Shown: positions 9,899 through 19,812, counted from the stretch's first letter. The stretch is 64,000 nt of DNA from Clostridia bacterium (GCA_016292635.1 JAEDIC010000001.1:67275-131274), one strand, 5' to 3'. Notes: generated by a model from the letters alone, not told the origin. Program-made: numbers and translations.

Positions 9899-10468
9899 AT
9901 GATAAACGGCGAATATCTAAAAGCTATTCGAAAGGAGCGCGGTATAACGCTTGCCGTTTTAAGCAGAGAAACCGGCTGTACCGCAAGTTATTTAAGCCAA
10001 ATCGAACGCAGGCTTAAAGAGCCGTCCCTTCCAATGCTCCGAAAGCTTTCCGAAACACTCAATATCCCAATGGTTTCCCTTCTGTCCTCCGTAAACGATA
10101 ACCAGCAGCCATCAAAAAACAGCTTCTTTCAAGTGACCCTTGCCGGGCAGCGAAATGTAGTAATTCTACCGGAGCTCGAAACAAAAAGCGAGATTTTTAC
10201 CCCCATAAACAGCAGCTGCTCCATGAAGGGCACCATATACACCACGCCTCCCGGGAAATACTCTTCGGAAGGAATGATAAGCCACACCTATGACGAATGT
10301 ATTTTTGTATTAAGCGGGCAAACAACGGTATTCATTGAAAGCGAAGCGGTTTCTCTAAAGGGCGGCGACAGCATATACATATACGCTGCCGCCAAACACA
10401 ATTTCTATAATTGTGGCCAGGACGACCTGGTAATCCTGGCCTTCAGCGATTCCCGCATCAGGCAGTGA
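9899..10468 (+). CDS. XRE-family HTH regulator with a C-terminal cupin domain.
   Basis: HTH LAVLSRETGCTASYLSQIERRLKEPSL. Cupin-like C-terminus (GDSIYIYAAAKHNFYN). Divergent from the peptide operon. Confidence 0.8.
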   Translation: MINGEYLKAIRKERGITLAVLSRETGCTASYLSQIERRLKEPSLPMLRKLSETLNIPMVSLLSSVNDNQQPSKNSFFQVTLAGQRNVVILPELETKSEIFTPINSSCSMKGTIYTTPPGKYSSEGMISHTYDECIFVLSGQTTVFIESEAVSLKGGDSIYIYAAAKHNFYNCGQDDLVILAFSDSRIRQ

Positions 10469-10653
10469 CCGCCTTTACCCGTTCTTTCGCAGTTTTGCCT
10501 GCAGAATTGCCCTTTAGAGGTATTCCGCAGGTTTTTTCATGTCTTACATCCCGGTCGCCCGGCTTATGCAAAGGCGAATCACGGTATGGGAAGCGCCCTT
10601 TCCCACATCATGGAAAAGGTCATGGAGGAGCAAAATATTGACCCGCTTTGCGT

Positions 10654-12264
10654 TCATTCGTTTCCGTGTTTTCCCAGCGACGCCTCTATAAATCCCTTGA
10701 ACAGCGGATGGGGCCTGTTGGGGCGGCTCTTAAATTCCGGATGATACTGTACCCCAACATAGAAGGGGTGATGGGGCAGCTCGATTGTCTCAACCAATGT
10801 GCCGTCGGGCGAAAGCCCGCTCAGCGTCATACCCGCCTCACAAAGGATTTCTCTGTAATAATTGTTGAATTCATACCGATGACGATGCCGCTCATGAACC
10901 AGATGCTCACCATAGCACCGCGCCATCGTCGTCTGCCTCGCGATGACACATGGATAGCTTCCCAAGCGAAGCGTACCGCCTTTAGCGATCTCATCACTTT
11001 GGCCCGGCATATAATCGATTACCTTATGTTCTCCGCACGGAGCAAACTCTCCGGAATTTGCATCGGCAATACCCGCAACATGGCGGGCATATTCAATGAC
11101 GGCAATCTGCATGCCGAGACATATTCCAAAGTATGGAATATGATGTTCGCGGGCATATTGCGCAGCGATGATCATTCCCTCTATCCCGCGATGACCGAAG
11201 CCGCCGGGCACAATGATTCCGTCAAGGCCGGATAAGATCTCGTCTGTTGAACCTTCCTCAATGCCCTCGGAATCAATCCATCGAATATCTATTTTTGCGC
11301 CCAACGCATACCCCGCATGGCGCAAAGCCTCTGCAACGGAAAGATACGCATCATGGAGCTGCACATATTTTCCAACCAATCCAATCGTTACTGTTTTACT
11401 GCGGCTTTTGATTGCATCCACCATTGCCTGCCATTCTGCGAGATCCGGCTCCGGCGCGGACAGATGAAGCTCACGGCACACCACAGACGACAGGTTTGCT
11501 TTTTCCAAGTACAGAGGCGCTTCATAGAGAACAGGAAGGGTCAGATTCTCGATAACACAATCCGCCTTAACATTGCAGAAGTCGGCAATCTTGCGGAAGA
11601 TGCTTTCATCGGTAATCGGCTCGTCACAGCGCAGGACGATGATATCCGGAGCAATTCCCATGCCCTGCAATTCCTTTACGGAATGCTGGGTAGGCTTGGA
11701 TTTATGCTCGCCCGATGCTTTCAGATAAGGCACCAATGTGACATGGATATAGAGAACATTATCTTTTCCCACTTCATGTCCCACCTGACGGATCGCTTCC
11801 AAAAAAGGCTGGCTCTCTATATCTCCTATTGTGCCGCCGATTTCGGTAATCACCACGTCGGCTTCCGTTTTATCGGCAACGCGATAAATGAACCGCTTGA
11901 TTTCATCGGTAATATGAGGAATCGTCTGCACTGTCGTACCAAGATAAGCGCCCTGACGTTCTTTCGAAATTACGTTGGAGTAGACCTTTCCCGTAGTAAG
12001 GTTAGAGTATTTGTTCAGATCTTCGTCAATAAACCGCTCATAGTGCCCCAAATCAAGATCCGTTTCCGCGCCATCTTCGGTTACATAAACCTCTCCATGC
12101 TGGTAAGGGCTCATAGTTCCCGGATCAACATTGATATACGGGTCAAGCTTTTGCGCCGCTACTTTGAATCCCCTCGACTTCAACAAGCGTCCCAAGGAGG
12201 CCGCAGTAATGCCCTTGCCTAGCCCTGAAACCACACCGCCGGTTACAAATATGAACTTTCCCAC
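10654..12264 (-). CDS. pyrG: CTP synthase.
   Basis: [29 protein letters not shown]-terminus. C-terminal glutamine amidotransferase with GICLGMQ. 536 aa. GTG start with a GGAGGC RBS. Confidence 0.97.
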   Translation of the reverse strand: MGKFIFVTGGVVSGLGKGITAASLGRLLKSRGFKVAAQKLDPYINVDPGTMSPYQHGEVYVTEDGAETDLDLGHYERFIDEDLNKYSNLTTGKVYSNVISKERQGAYLGTTVQTIPHITDEIKRFIYRVADKTEADVVITEIGGTIGDIESQPFLEAIRQVGHEVGKDNVLYIHVTLVPYLKASGEHKSKPTQHSVKELQGMGIAPDIIVLRCDEPITDESIFRKIADFCNVKADCVIENLTLPVLYEAPLYLEKANLSSVVCRELHLSAPEPDLAEWQAMVDAIKSRSKTVTIGLVGKYVQLHDAYLSVAEALRHAGYALGAKIDIRWIDSEGIEEGSTDEILSGLDGIIVPGGFGHRGIEGMIIAAQYAREHHIPYFGICLGMQIAVIEYARHVAGIADANSGEFAPCGEHKVIDYMPGQSDEIAKGGTLRLGSYPCVIARQTTMARCYGEHLVHERHRHRYEFNNYYREILCEAGMTLSGLSPDGTLVETIELPHHPFYVGVQYHPEFKSRPNRPHPLFKGFIEASLGKHGNE

Positions 12265-12278
12265 GTTTTTGCCTCCTT

Positions 12279-12331
12279 AAAATACAAAGAAGGCGTTCAT
12301 CCGGGGACACCTGCTCCCAAATGAACGCCTT
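12279..12331 (-). terminator. pyrG leader hairpin plus U-tract (candidate attenuator).
   Basis: On the minus strand: AAGGCGTTCAT..(20 nt with an inner GGGA/TCCC pairing)..ATGAACGCCTT followed by CTTTGTATTTT. It sits immediately upstream of the RBS. Confidence 0.5.
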
Positions 12332-12345
12332 TGTTCAACGATAGA

Positions 12346-12375
12346 ATCATACTCCAAAGAAACACGATTTGTCAA
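12346..12375 (-). promoter_or_regulatory. Candidate sigma-A promoter of pyrG.
   Basis: Minus-strand TTGACA-18 nt-TATGAT, located upstream of the leader hairpin. Confidence 0.5.
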
Positions 12376-12591
12376 CCAGAACGCTGCCGGTAAAATATCC
12401 GCTTCGTTTATCCGGCAGTTCCGTCATCCGCATGCTTTTCTGCCCTCGCTGCTATCTGTGAGGTACTTGACTGCGAAGCCGGCGATATTCTCAAGTATCA
12501 AAAAACGATTAAGCGGCCATAGCCAACGCTGCCCATCGAAATTGGAAATGACTTTGGCGGGCATTTTTATCTTTATGCTGCAATTATTGTA

Positions 12592-13209
12592 TTATTTATA
12601 TGTTTTGATGATATTTTCGGCAACCTCACGCTTTGAGACGCGCAGATCCATTGCCTGCTTTTCGATATACCGATGGGCATCGGGCTCTGTCATGCTCAGG
12701 CATTCGATCAACAACCACTTTGCTCTGTTAATCAGGCGGATCTCTTCAATTTTTTCCTCCACGGTTGCCTGCTTTGCTTCCATTTGGCGCATACGCTCCC
12801 GTGTTGCGCACAAAATACGCAAGTTCTGCGCGATCATCTGCATATTGGTGGGCTTTGACAGAGTGATAACGCCGTATCCAACAACCTTAACATAGATATC
12901 ATTGAAAAGGTCGTTCTTTACGAGTAACAGAACGCCTGCTCCGCTGCTGCTGCAGATATCAATAGCGAGCCGCATCCCAAAGTCGTCCGGCAGCGGCGCG
13001 TTGATGATTACGATATCAAATCCGTTGCCTGCAATTATGCGCCGTGCTTCGCTGACGCTGTGCGCCGTGGAGATCGGCCAGTAGTCGGTGGGGGGAAGCA
13101 ACGGCATAATATTGTTGGAAAAACTGTCTGTAGCGGTAACGATTAACACACTATAGGTGCGTTCCTGAAAGACCAAAGGCCTCCCTCCCTTCCGAGAAAT
13201 TTGTTGCAT
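12592..13209 (-). CDS. ANTAR-domain RNA-binding antiterminator with a pseudo-receiver.
   Basis: C-terminal ANTAR region (INRAKWLLIECLSMTEPDAHRYIEKQAMDLRVSKREVAENII). The receiver-like N-terminus reads FDIVIINAPLPDDFG, with Asn where the phospho-Asp is expected. The start lies 4 nt after the glnA stop. Confidence 0.8.
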   Translation of the reverse strand: MQQISRKGGRPLVFQERTYSVLIVTATDSFSNNIMPLLPPTDYWPISTAHSVSEARRIIAGNGFDIVIINAPLPDDFGMRLAIDICSSSGAGVLLLVKNDLFNDIYVKVVGYGVITLSKPTNMQMIAQNLRILCATRERMRQMEAKQATVEEKIEEIRLINRAKWLLIECLSMTEPDAHRYIEKQAMDLRVSKREVAENIIKTYK

Positions 13210-13212
13210 CCT

Positions 13213-14424
13213 TTATCCGCGGGTATAGGCGGAAATCACGGATTGCGGCAGCCGTTCTCTTATAAACTCGCTTGCGTTTGCGGCGGCGGCCGCCTCATAC
13301 AGCGAGCCGGGAATCTTTCGATAATCTGCCAAAACCTCCGCAGACGCAGTATAGAGGTTGAAATCTGCCGAAGGCGGCAGCGACAATTTCTTTTCAATGC
13401 CGTAAAGGCCGGCATAGATCAAAAGCGCGTACGCAAGATACGGATTTGCCATTGGATCGGCAGAGCGAAGCTCCGCCCGCCGATATTCCCCAACCGCAGC
13501 GGGAATCCGAATCAGCTGCGATCGATTCTCGGCAGACCAAGTAATATAGCTTGGGGCTTTGTCGTGTCCAAGACGCCGATACGATTCCTCGCAGGGGTTC
13601 AGAAACACCGTCATATCCCCGATCTTTTCCAAAATTCCGGCAATCACATAGGGCATGAGATCGGCCTTTCCTCGCCCCTTTGCCGAAATGTTGATATGCA
13701 TACCGTTTCCGTCACAATCCGGCAGCGGCTTTGGAGAAAAATCAGCACAAAGCCCGTTTTGCGCAGCAACCGTTTTAACTACCCCATGGAAGGTAACGGC
13801 GTTATCTGCTGCCGTAAGGGGATCAGAGTAGCGAAAGTCAATTTCGTTCTGCCCGGGTCCGCTTTCATGGTGAGAGCTTTCGGGCTGAATTCCCATCTGC
13901 TCCAGCATCATGCAGATTTCCCGGCGAATATTCTCGCCCTTGTCCTCGGGCACTATATCCATATAACCGGCTCTATCGTAGGGCACCTTTGTGGGCTCCC
14001 CCTGTTCGTTTATCTTGAACAGATAGAATTCCATTTCCGCGCCAAAGGCAAAGGAATACCCCTTGCTTTCGGCAGCTGAAATCGCCTTCTTCAGAATGCT
14101 GCGGGTATCCCCTTCAAAAACCGTACCATCCGGATAGGATATGTCGCAAAACATACGAACTACTTTTCCCTGCTCGGGTCGCCACGGAAGCTGGATCAGC
14201 GTAGATGCGTCAGGGTGAAGCAGCAAATCAGACCGAACCTCTCCGCCAAACCCGCAAATTGCCGACGCGTCGATAGCGATTCCGAACTCAAAAGCCCTTT
14301 TCAGCTCGCTGGGCATAATAGCCACGTTATGCTGCTTTCCGTAGACATCACAGAACGCAAGCCGAATGAATTTAATCTCTTCCTCTTGCACAAACTGCGT
14401 CACTTCCTCCGGCGTGTACTTCAT
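13213..14424 (-). CDS. glnA: Glutamine synthetase, type I family (short form).
   Basis: 403 aa. Beta-grasp N-terminus, KPLPDCDGNGMHINIS ATP-site motif, EMEFYLF, SAENRSQLIRIP. Confidence 0.85.
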   Translation of the reverse strand: MKYTPEEVTQFVQEEEIKFIRLAFCDVYGKQHNVAIMPSELKRAFEFGIAIDASAICGFGGEVRSDLLLHPDASTLIQLPWRPEQGKVVRMFCDISYPDGTVFEGDTRSILKKAISAAESKGYSFAFGAEMEFYLFKINEQGEPTKVPYDRAGYMDIVPEDKGENIRREICMMLEQMGIQPESSHHESGPGQNEIDFRYSDPLTAADNAVTFHGVVKTVAAQNGLCADFSPKPLPDCDGNGMHINISAKGRGKADLMPYVIAGILEKIGDMTVFLNPCEESYRRLGHDKAPSYITWSAENRSQLIRIPAAVGEYRRAELRSADPMANPYLAYALLIYAGLYGIEKKLSLPPSADFNLYTASAEVLADYRKIPGSLYEAAAAANASEFIRERLPQSVISAYTRG

Positions 14425-14441
14425 GGCGTCACCTGCTTTCT

Positions 14442-14735
14442 TTAATTCATAACATACATTTGTTGATACGGATTCTTACTGTCCGGTGTAATAACGGTAA
14501 AAGGCCCTTGCATGATTTCAGCAGGATTGCGCTGAAATAAATCGCAGAAGGTTCTCAGATCCCCTTCAATTTCCAATAGCTCCGTTGGAGCAGCGGGACG
14601 CGCGGTTACCTGGTTTAGAAGAAGCAAGCTCCTGCAATCCAAGCGAAGGTACAGACGCCCGCCGTGCCTTCCGGTACAGGGGAAATCGCTCGCGATGGGC
14701 TTCTCATTTCGGGAAAGCCATGTGGGATGCATCAA
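14442..14735 (-). other. A 97-codon ORF with no RBS directly upstream of glnA. It is either a long 5' leader or a decayed gene.
   Basis: The ORF opens with TTG-ATG only about 10 nt downstream of a perfect TATAAT and has no Shine-Dalgarno sequence. I recognise no family. Confidence 0.25.
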
Positions 14736-15014
14736 TATGAAATATTATATTACACCTTCCTGCAAATTTCCATAGAGCACTATTCGCCTGCATACCATAT
14801 CCCGAAAATGCTTAGCTCCTTATCCGTCATCCCGATGCCGCGCAGCATCAGCCCATTCCCTCCTCAACCCTGCCATAGAATTGACGCCCATGCCGCCCGT
14901 CATTTTCCTGATTCCATGTTTCCACACCTTTATAAGGTTAACGTCCAATCTCGATACGGAGCCGTTTTTCCGGCGTCCTTTTCGCCTTGAACAAATAAAA
15001 TTATGGATTTTTTG

Positions 15015-15043
15015 TTGACATAACCCTGAATTTCGTGTATAGT
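15015..15043 (+). promoter_or_regulatory. Sigma-A promoter of the type III glutamine synthetase gene.
   Basis: TTGACA (15015-15020), a 17-nt spacer, then TATAGT (15038-15043). Confidence 0.65.
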
Positions 15044-15055
15044 GAGCGACATTAA

Positions 15056-15108
15056 GAGACATTGGCGTCTCGGAGGAGTTTCTCTTTAGCGCCAATGTCT
15101 CTTTTTAT
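15056..15108 (+). terminator. Leader terminator in the glnN 5' UTR, with an overlapping alternative hairpin.
   Basis: A perfect 12-bp stem GAGACATTGGCG/CGCCAATGTCTC followed by TTTTTATT, 25 nt before the ATG. The 5' arm can instead fold as GAGAC-AUUGGC-GUCUC. Confidence 0.65.
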
Positions 15109-15132
15109 TCGCTTGGAAAGGAAGTAAGAGCT

Positions 15133-17229
15133 ATGACGACTGTACCGGATTACTTTGGCAGTATGGTTTTTGACAGCCGCGTTATGAAAGCGCGTTTGTC
15201 TGCGGAGGTATATCACTCTCTGAAGCAAACCGCGCAGAAGGGCACAAAGCTTGATCTTTCGGTTGCCAATGCCGTGGCTGTTGCAATGAAAGACTGGGCG
15301 GTCGAGAATGGGGCTACGCATTTTACCCACTGGTTCCAGCCGCTGACCGGCGTAACCGCCGAAAAGCACGAAAGCTTTATCTCTCCCGCACCCGACGGAC
15401 GGGTCATCATGGAGTTCTCCGGAAAGGAGCTCATCAAAGGTGAGCCCGACGCATCCTCATTTCCATCGGGCGGTTTACGGGCCACCTTTGAGGCCCGCGG
15501 ATATACTGCATGGGATCCCACAAGTTATGCCTTTATCAAGGATAAGACGCTTTGTATTCCAACGGCTTTCTGTTCTTATGGCGGTGAGGCGCTGGATAAA
15601 AAGACCCCTTTGCTTCGAAGCATGGAAGCGCTGAACAAACAAACGCTTCGCGTTCTAAGGCTGTTTGGCAACAGCGATGTAAAACGGGTATGCCCATCTG
15701 TCGGCGCTGAACAGGAATATTTCCTTGTAGATCAGTCCATGTACAACAGGCGTAAAGATCTGATGTACACCGGTCGAACGCTTTTTGGCGCGAAGCCGCC
15801 CAAAGGTCAGGAGCTTGACGATCACTACTTCGGAACAATCAAGCCTCGCGTTGCTGCCTTCATGGAGGAACTTAACACCGAACTGTGGAAGCTTGGCATT
15901 CTCGCCAAAACCGAGCACAACGAAGTGGCTCCCGCGCAGCATGAGCTTGCACCAATCTACACCACCGCCAATATCGCCACCGATCAAAACCAGCTGACCA
16001 TGGAGATTATGCAGAAGGTTGCCGCGAAACACGGTATGGTTTGTCTTCTGCATGAGAAACCCTTTGCCGGGGTCAACGGCAGCGGCAAGCATAACAACTG
16101 GTCAATTTCTACCGATACCGGCGTAAACCTTCTCGCGCCCGGTGACACGCCCCATGAAAACGCCCAGTTCCTTCTGTTTTTGGTTGCCGTTATCAAAGCG
16201 GTGGATGATTATCAGGGGCTTCTGCGCGCCGCAGTAGCTACTGCGGGAAACGATCATCGGCTTGGCGCAAATGAGGCGCCGCCTGCGGTAATCTCCATCT
16301 TCCTGGGCGACGAACTGACCGCCATTTTGGATTCCATCAAAACGGATTCGCCATATAACGGCATCGAAAAGAGAAAGATCAAGCTGGGCGTTGACGCTTT
16401 GCCGAGATTTACCCGCGACAATACGGACCGCAACCGTACCTCGCCCTTTGCGTATACGGGCAACAAATTTGAGTTCCGTATGTTGGGTTCCGCAAATTCC
16501 ATTGCCTGCGCCAACATTATGCTGAACACCGCGGTTGCGGAATCGCTCAGAGTATTTGCTGAGGAGCTGGAAGCGGCTTCCGATTTCAACGCTGCGCTGC
16601 ATGAGCTTATCAAGCGGACCATTCGGGAACATGAACGGATTATCTTCAACGGCAACGGCTATGATGATGCGTGGATCAGGGAAGCAACCGAAACCCGCGG
16701 GCTCCTGAACCTGCGCACTACACCGGATGCCATACCCATGCTGATCGAAAAAGAAAACATGGAAATGCTTCTTTCCCACGGGGTGTATACGGAATCAGAG
16801 CTGCGTTCCCGCTATGAGATCCTTCTGGAAAACTATTGCAAGATCGTGCGTATTGAAGCCTTGACCATGATCGATATGGTTCGGAAAGAGATTCTCCCCG
16901 CAGTTGCTTCCTATGTGGCCGACCTGGTTTCGGTTGCCGGCGCAAAGAAGGCGCTCGACGCGGAAATTCCGCGCAACTACGAACAGAAGCTGATTATGCG
17001 CCTCTCCCGCCTGAACGAAGCCATCGACGGCAGAACCGACCTATTGGAAGCTTCCATGATTAAATTGGACACCATGGGTGATCTTGCCCGGGAGGCCGCC
17101 TGGATTCGCGATGATATCCTTCCGAAGATGGGCGAGCTGCGCGCGGCTTCCGATGAAGCGGAGACGCTGACCGCCGAGGCTTATTGGCCGTTCCCAACTT
17201 ACGGCGATCTGCTGTTTGGCGTAAAATAA
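15133..17229 (+). CDS. glnN: Glutamine synthetase type III.
   Basis: 698 aa, the length typical of GSIII. Motifs: ATHFTHWFQPLTG, KPFAGVNGSGKHNNWS, NRTSPFAYTGNKFEFR. Confidence 0.9.
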   Translation: MTTVPDYFGSMVFDSRVMKARLSAEVYHSLKQTAQKGTKLDLSVANAVAVAMKDWAVENGATHFTHWFQPLTGVTAEKHESFISPAPDGRVIMEFSGKELIKGEPDASSFPSGGLRATFEARGYTAWDPTSYAFIKDKTLCIPTAFCSYGGEALDKKTPLLRSMEALNKQTLRVLRLFGNSDVKRVCPSVGAEQEYFLVDQSMYNRRKDLMYTGRTLFGAKPPKGQELDDHYFGTIKPRVAAFMEELNTELWKLGILAKTEHNEVAPAQHELAPIYTTANIATDQNQLTMEIMQKVAAKHGMVCLLHEKPFAGVNGSGKHNNWSISTDTGVNLLAPGDTPHENAQFLLFLVAVIKAVDDYQGLLRAAVATAGNDHRLGANEAPPAVISIFLGDELTAILDSIKTDSPYNGIEKRKIKLGVDALPRFTRDNTDRNRTSPFAYTGNKFEFRMLGSANSIACANIMLNTAVAESLRVFAEELEAASDFNAALHELIKRTIREHERIIFNGNGYDDAWIREATETRGLLNLRTTPDAIPMLIEKENMEMLLSHGVYTESELRSRYEILLENYCKIVRIEALTMIDMVRKEILPAVASYVADLVSVAGAKKALDAEIPRNYEQKLIMRLSRLNEAIDGRTDLLEASMIKLDTMGDLAREAAWIRDDILPKMGELRAASDEAETLTAEAYWPFPTYGDLLFGVK

Positions 17230-17408
17230 CGCTCTTTTGAGCGATATACGGAAAGACGGCTTTTTCACGGCACCCACATGGGACGATCTGCCCCCACAGG
17301 CAAAATCCCATACGGAATATATTAAAAAAGGCGCTCGGCCGCCATGTTGTATATGCGTCGTCAGGTCACCAACGCGACGCCTGCGTCAAACGATAAAAAG
17401 GAGGAACT

Positions 17409-19235
17409 ATGTGCGGAATTGTTGGATTCACGGGGAAGCAGAATGCCGCTCCCATCCTATTGGAAGGATTAAAAAAACTGGAATACCGCGGATATGATTC
17501 TGCCGGCATTGCTGTGGAAAACAGCGGGGTCATCACCCTTTCCAAAGTAAGCGGAAGAATCGCCAATCTGTGCGAAAAAACGGATAACGGAAATAATATC
17601 CCCGGTTATTCAGGTATTGGGCACACACGTTGGGCAACGCACGGTGCGCCAACAGACGCAAACGCGCATCCCCATATGAGCTGTGACGGACGTTTTTCCG
17701 TCGTTCATAACGGTATTATTGAGAACTATATGGCGCTGCGAGAAGAACTCCACGCGAAGGGCTATGCCTTCAAAAGCGAGACCGACACGGAGGTCATCGT
17801 CCACTTAGTGGAAATGTATTATAGCGGTGATTTCCGGGAAGCTGTTATGAAAGCAGTTTCGCGCCTGGAAGGATCCTATGCCTTGGGGGTTCTTTGCTCG
17901 GAATGTCCCGGAAAAATCATTGTAGCACGGGAAGCAAGTCCCCTGATTTTGGGAATTGGTGTTGGCGAAAACTATTTTTCTTCCGATGTGACAGCGCTTG
18001 TTGCTCACACCCGAAACGTACTGTATTTGGATGACGGGGAGTTTGCCGAGCTGACATCTGAAAGTATTACGGTATATGACTGCACAGGCGCAGCGATACA
18101 AAAGCCCATCAACCGAATCACCTGGAGTGTGGAAGCTGCGGAAAAGGGCGGATATGAGCACTTCATGCTGAAAGAGATCATGGAACAGCCTCGTGCTGTA
18201 AAAGCGGCTCTGGCAGCCAGAATGCAGGAGAATCAAATTGTATTGGACGGTTTTGATTTATCCGCAAAGCAATTGAGCCGCATCCGGAAAATCGTCATAA
18301 CAGCCTGCGGATCTGCCTACTATGCCGGATGCGCGGCAAAGTACACGATCGAGAAGCTTTGCAAAATTCCTGTGGATGTACAGTTGGCAAGCGAATTGCG
18401 ATATGCGGATCCTCAAATCGATCGGAGAACCCTTTTAATCGTCTTATCCCAATCCGGTGAAACCGCGGACACAATCGCCGCCATGAAAGAGTGCAAAAGG
18501 CGCGGCGCACAAACCCTTGCAATCGTAAATGTTGTAGGCAGTACCATTGCAAAGCTCGCAGACCATACGCTCTATACTTGGGCAGGCCCCGAAATTGCGG
18601 TTGCCACCACCAAAGGCTATACAACGCAGCTTTCCGTGCTCTATCTGTTTTGCGTAAGCGCCGCAAAAACGATGGGCTATCTCTCCGACGAAGACTATCA
18701 GACGCTTGTTGACCATCTTCGGGAGCTGCCGAAGAAGATTCAGCAGGCATTGGATATGTGCGCAGCCATACCGCAGCTTGCGGCAAAGTATCATAGCAAT
18801 CACTCCATGTTTTTTATTGGGCGCAATACAGACTATGCGGTAGCGCTGGAAGGCGCGCTGAAGATGAAGGAGATATCCTATATTCATGCGGAAGCTTACG
18901 CGGCGGGCGAACTGAAACACGGAACCATCGCATTGATAGACGAAGGCCAGCCCGTAATTGCCCTATGCTGTAATCGTGACGTTGCTGAGAAAACCATGAA
19001 CAATATTGTGGAGGTTAAGGCACGAGGCGCGCAGGTTCTTGCCCTTTCCCTCAGTGGCAACCGTGCCATATCGGCTCATGCCGACGATATCATTCATATT
19101 CCGCCGGTGGATCCGCTTTTTCAGGCAGCCGTGGAAATCGTTCCGCTGCAGATGCTCGCATATTATGTTGCCAAAGAAAACGGCTGTGACATTGACAAAC
19201 CAAAGAATCTTGCAAAGTCCGTCACTGTTGAATAA
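17409..19235 (+). CDS. glmS: Glutamine--fructose-6-phosphate aminotransferase.
   Basis: MCGIVG N-terminal nucleophile, two SIS domains, C-terminal KSVTVE. 608 aa. AAGGAGG RBS. Confidence 0.97.
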   Translation: MCGIVGFTGKQNAAPILLEGLKKLEYRGYDSAGIAVENSGVITLSKVSGRIANLCEKTDNGNNIPGYSGIGHTRWATHGAPTDANAHPHMSCDGRFSVVHNGIIENYMALREELHAKGYAFKSETDTEVIVHLVEMYYSGDFREAVMKAVSRLEGSYALGVLCSECPGKIIVAREASPLILGIGVGENYFSSDVTALVAHTRNVLYLDDGEFAELTSESITVYDCTGAAIQKPINRITWSVEAAEKGGYEHFMLKEIMEQPRAVKAALAARMQENQIVLDGFDLSAKQLSRIRKIVITACGSAYYAGCAAKYTIEKLCKIPVDVQLASELRYADPQIDRRTLLIVLSQSGETADTIAAMKECKRRGAQTLAIVNVVGSTIAKLADHTLYTWAGPEIAVATTKGYTTQLSVLYLFCVSAAKTMGYLSDEDYQTLVDHLRELPKKIQQALDMCAAIPQLAAKYHSNHSMFFIGRNTDYAVALEGALKMKEISYIHAEAYAAGELKHGTIALIDEGQPVIALCCNRDVAEKTMNNIVEVKARGAQVLALSLSGNRAISAHADDIIHIPPVDPLFQAAVEIVPLQMLAYYVAKENGCDIDKPKNLAKSVTVE

Positions 19236-19250
19236 TAAGACTGCCATGAT

Positions 19251-19284
19251 AAAGGGATGGGTTGAAAATACCCATCCCTTTTTC
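19251..19284 (+). terminator. Intrinsic terminator of glmS.
   Basis: AAAGGGATGGGT-TGAAAAT-ACCCATCCCTTT followed by a T-run. Confidence 0.7.
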
Positions 19285-19516
19285 CCTGGGCCATGCTTAC
19301 GATAAAATGCTGTTTTTGCTTTCACACAAAAAGCGTATCCAAACCCGGAGAAAGCTTTGGGTTGCGTTGGGTTGCGTAGTAATCCCCCTCGCTGACAAAA
19401 AGGGCGGCGTGGGCAAATAAGGTCAAAGGCAGGCATAATTACGCGCTGATCGGCTGTATGCCATCACTTGCTTTTTAAGATAGTATGTTTTATTCTAATA
19501 ATATAAAGATATTTTA

Positions 19517-19789
19517 ATGGATACCATCACCGCTGTAAGAAACAGAATTCCGATTCTATGTGAAGAACGGAAGATCGCCATCAACCGGTTGGCCGGTATT
19601 TTCTCTCTTCCATCACTCCGCATCAAAAACATATCGCGCAGCAGGAACCGCAAGCCAAAACTGCTTACAATCAAGATGATTTATAACGGATCGATCATTA
19701 CGTTGAACGGGTTTTTAATTATCACTGAATTCGACGCACCTGAGCAGGATTTGAGGCAGCTTAACGTCAAATTCCGCTGGGCTGTCTGA
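19517..19789 (+). CDS. Small degenerate XRE-like HTH protein.
   Basis: The pattern VRNRIPILCEERKIAINRLAGIFSLPSLRIKNI..KLLTIKMIYNGSIITLNGFL resembles an HTH_3 domain but is divergent. Confidence 0.35.
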   Translation: MDTITAVRNRIPILCEERKIAINRLAGIFSLPSLRIKNISRSRNRKPKLLTIKMIYNGSIITLNGFLIITEFDAPEQDLRQLNVKFRWAV

Positions 19790-19812
19790 TTATAAAAAGG
19801 AAGTGAAGAATA

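Noticed and set aside
10411-10641. A 76-aa ORF in the convergent gap between the XRE-cupin gene and pyrG.
   Set aside because: It overlaps the 3' end of the regulator gene, has no RBS, and its translation is Pro/Gly/Arg-rich.
14530-14570. A GGGG..CTGAGA..ACC string in the glnA upstream region that resembles part of a TPP riboswitch.
   Set aside because: It lacks the ACCTGATCTGGATAATGCCAGCG half, and the genetic context (glnA) does not fit.
17230-17408. Looked for a glmS ribozyme in the 178-nt leader of glmS, as is common in Firmicutes.
   Set aside because: I could not find the conserved core (AGCGCCAGAACU..GGCGCCUGC..GACGAGGA-type blocks). Only short alternative GCGTCG/CGACGC stems are present. 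An Rfam/Infernal scan would be decisive.
19357-19376. A tandem 10-mer, TTGGGTTGCG x2, downstream of glmS.
   Set aside because: Only two copies, with no associated ORF or partner site. It is too little to interpret.
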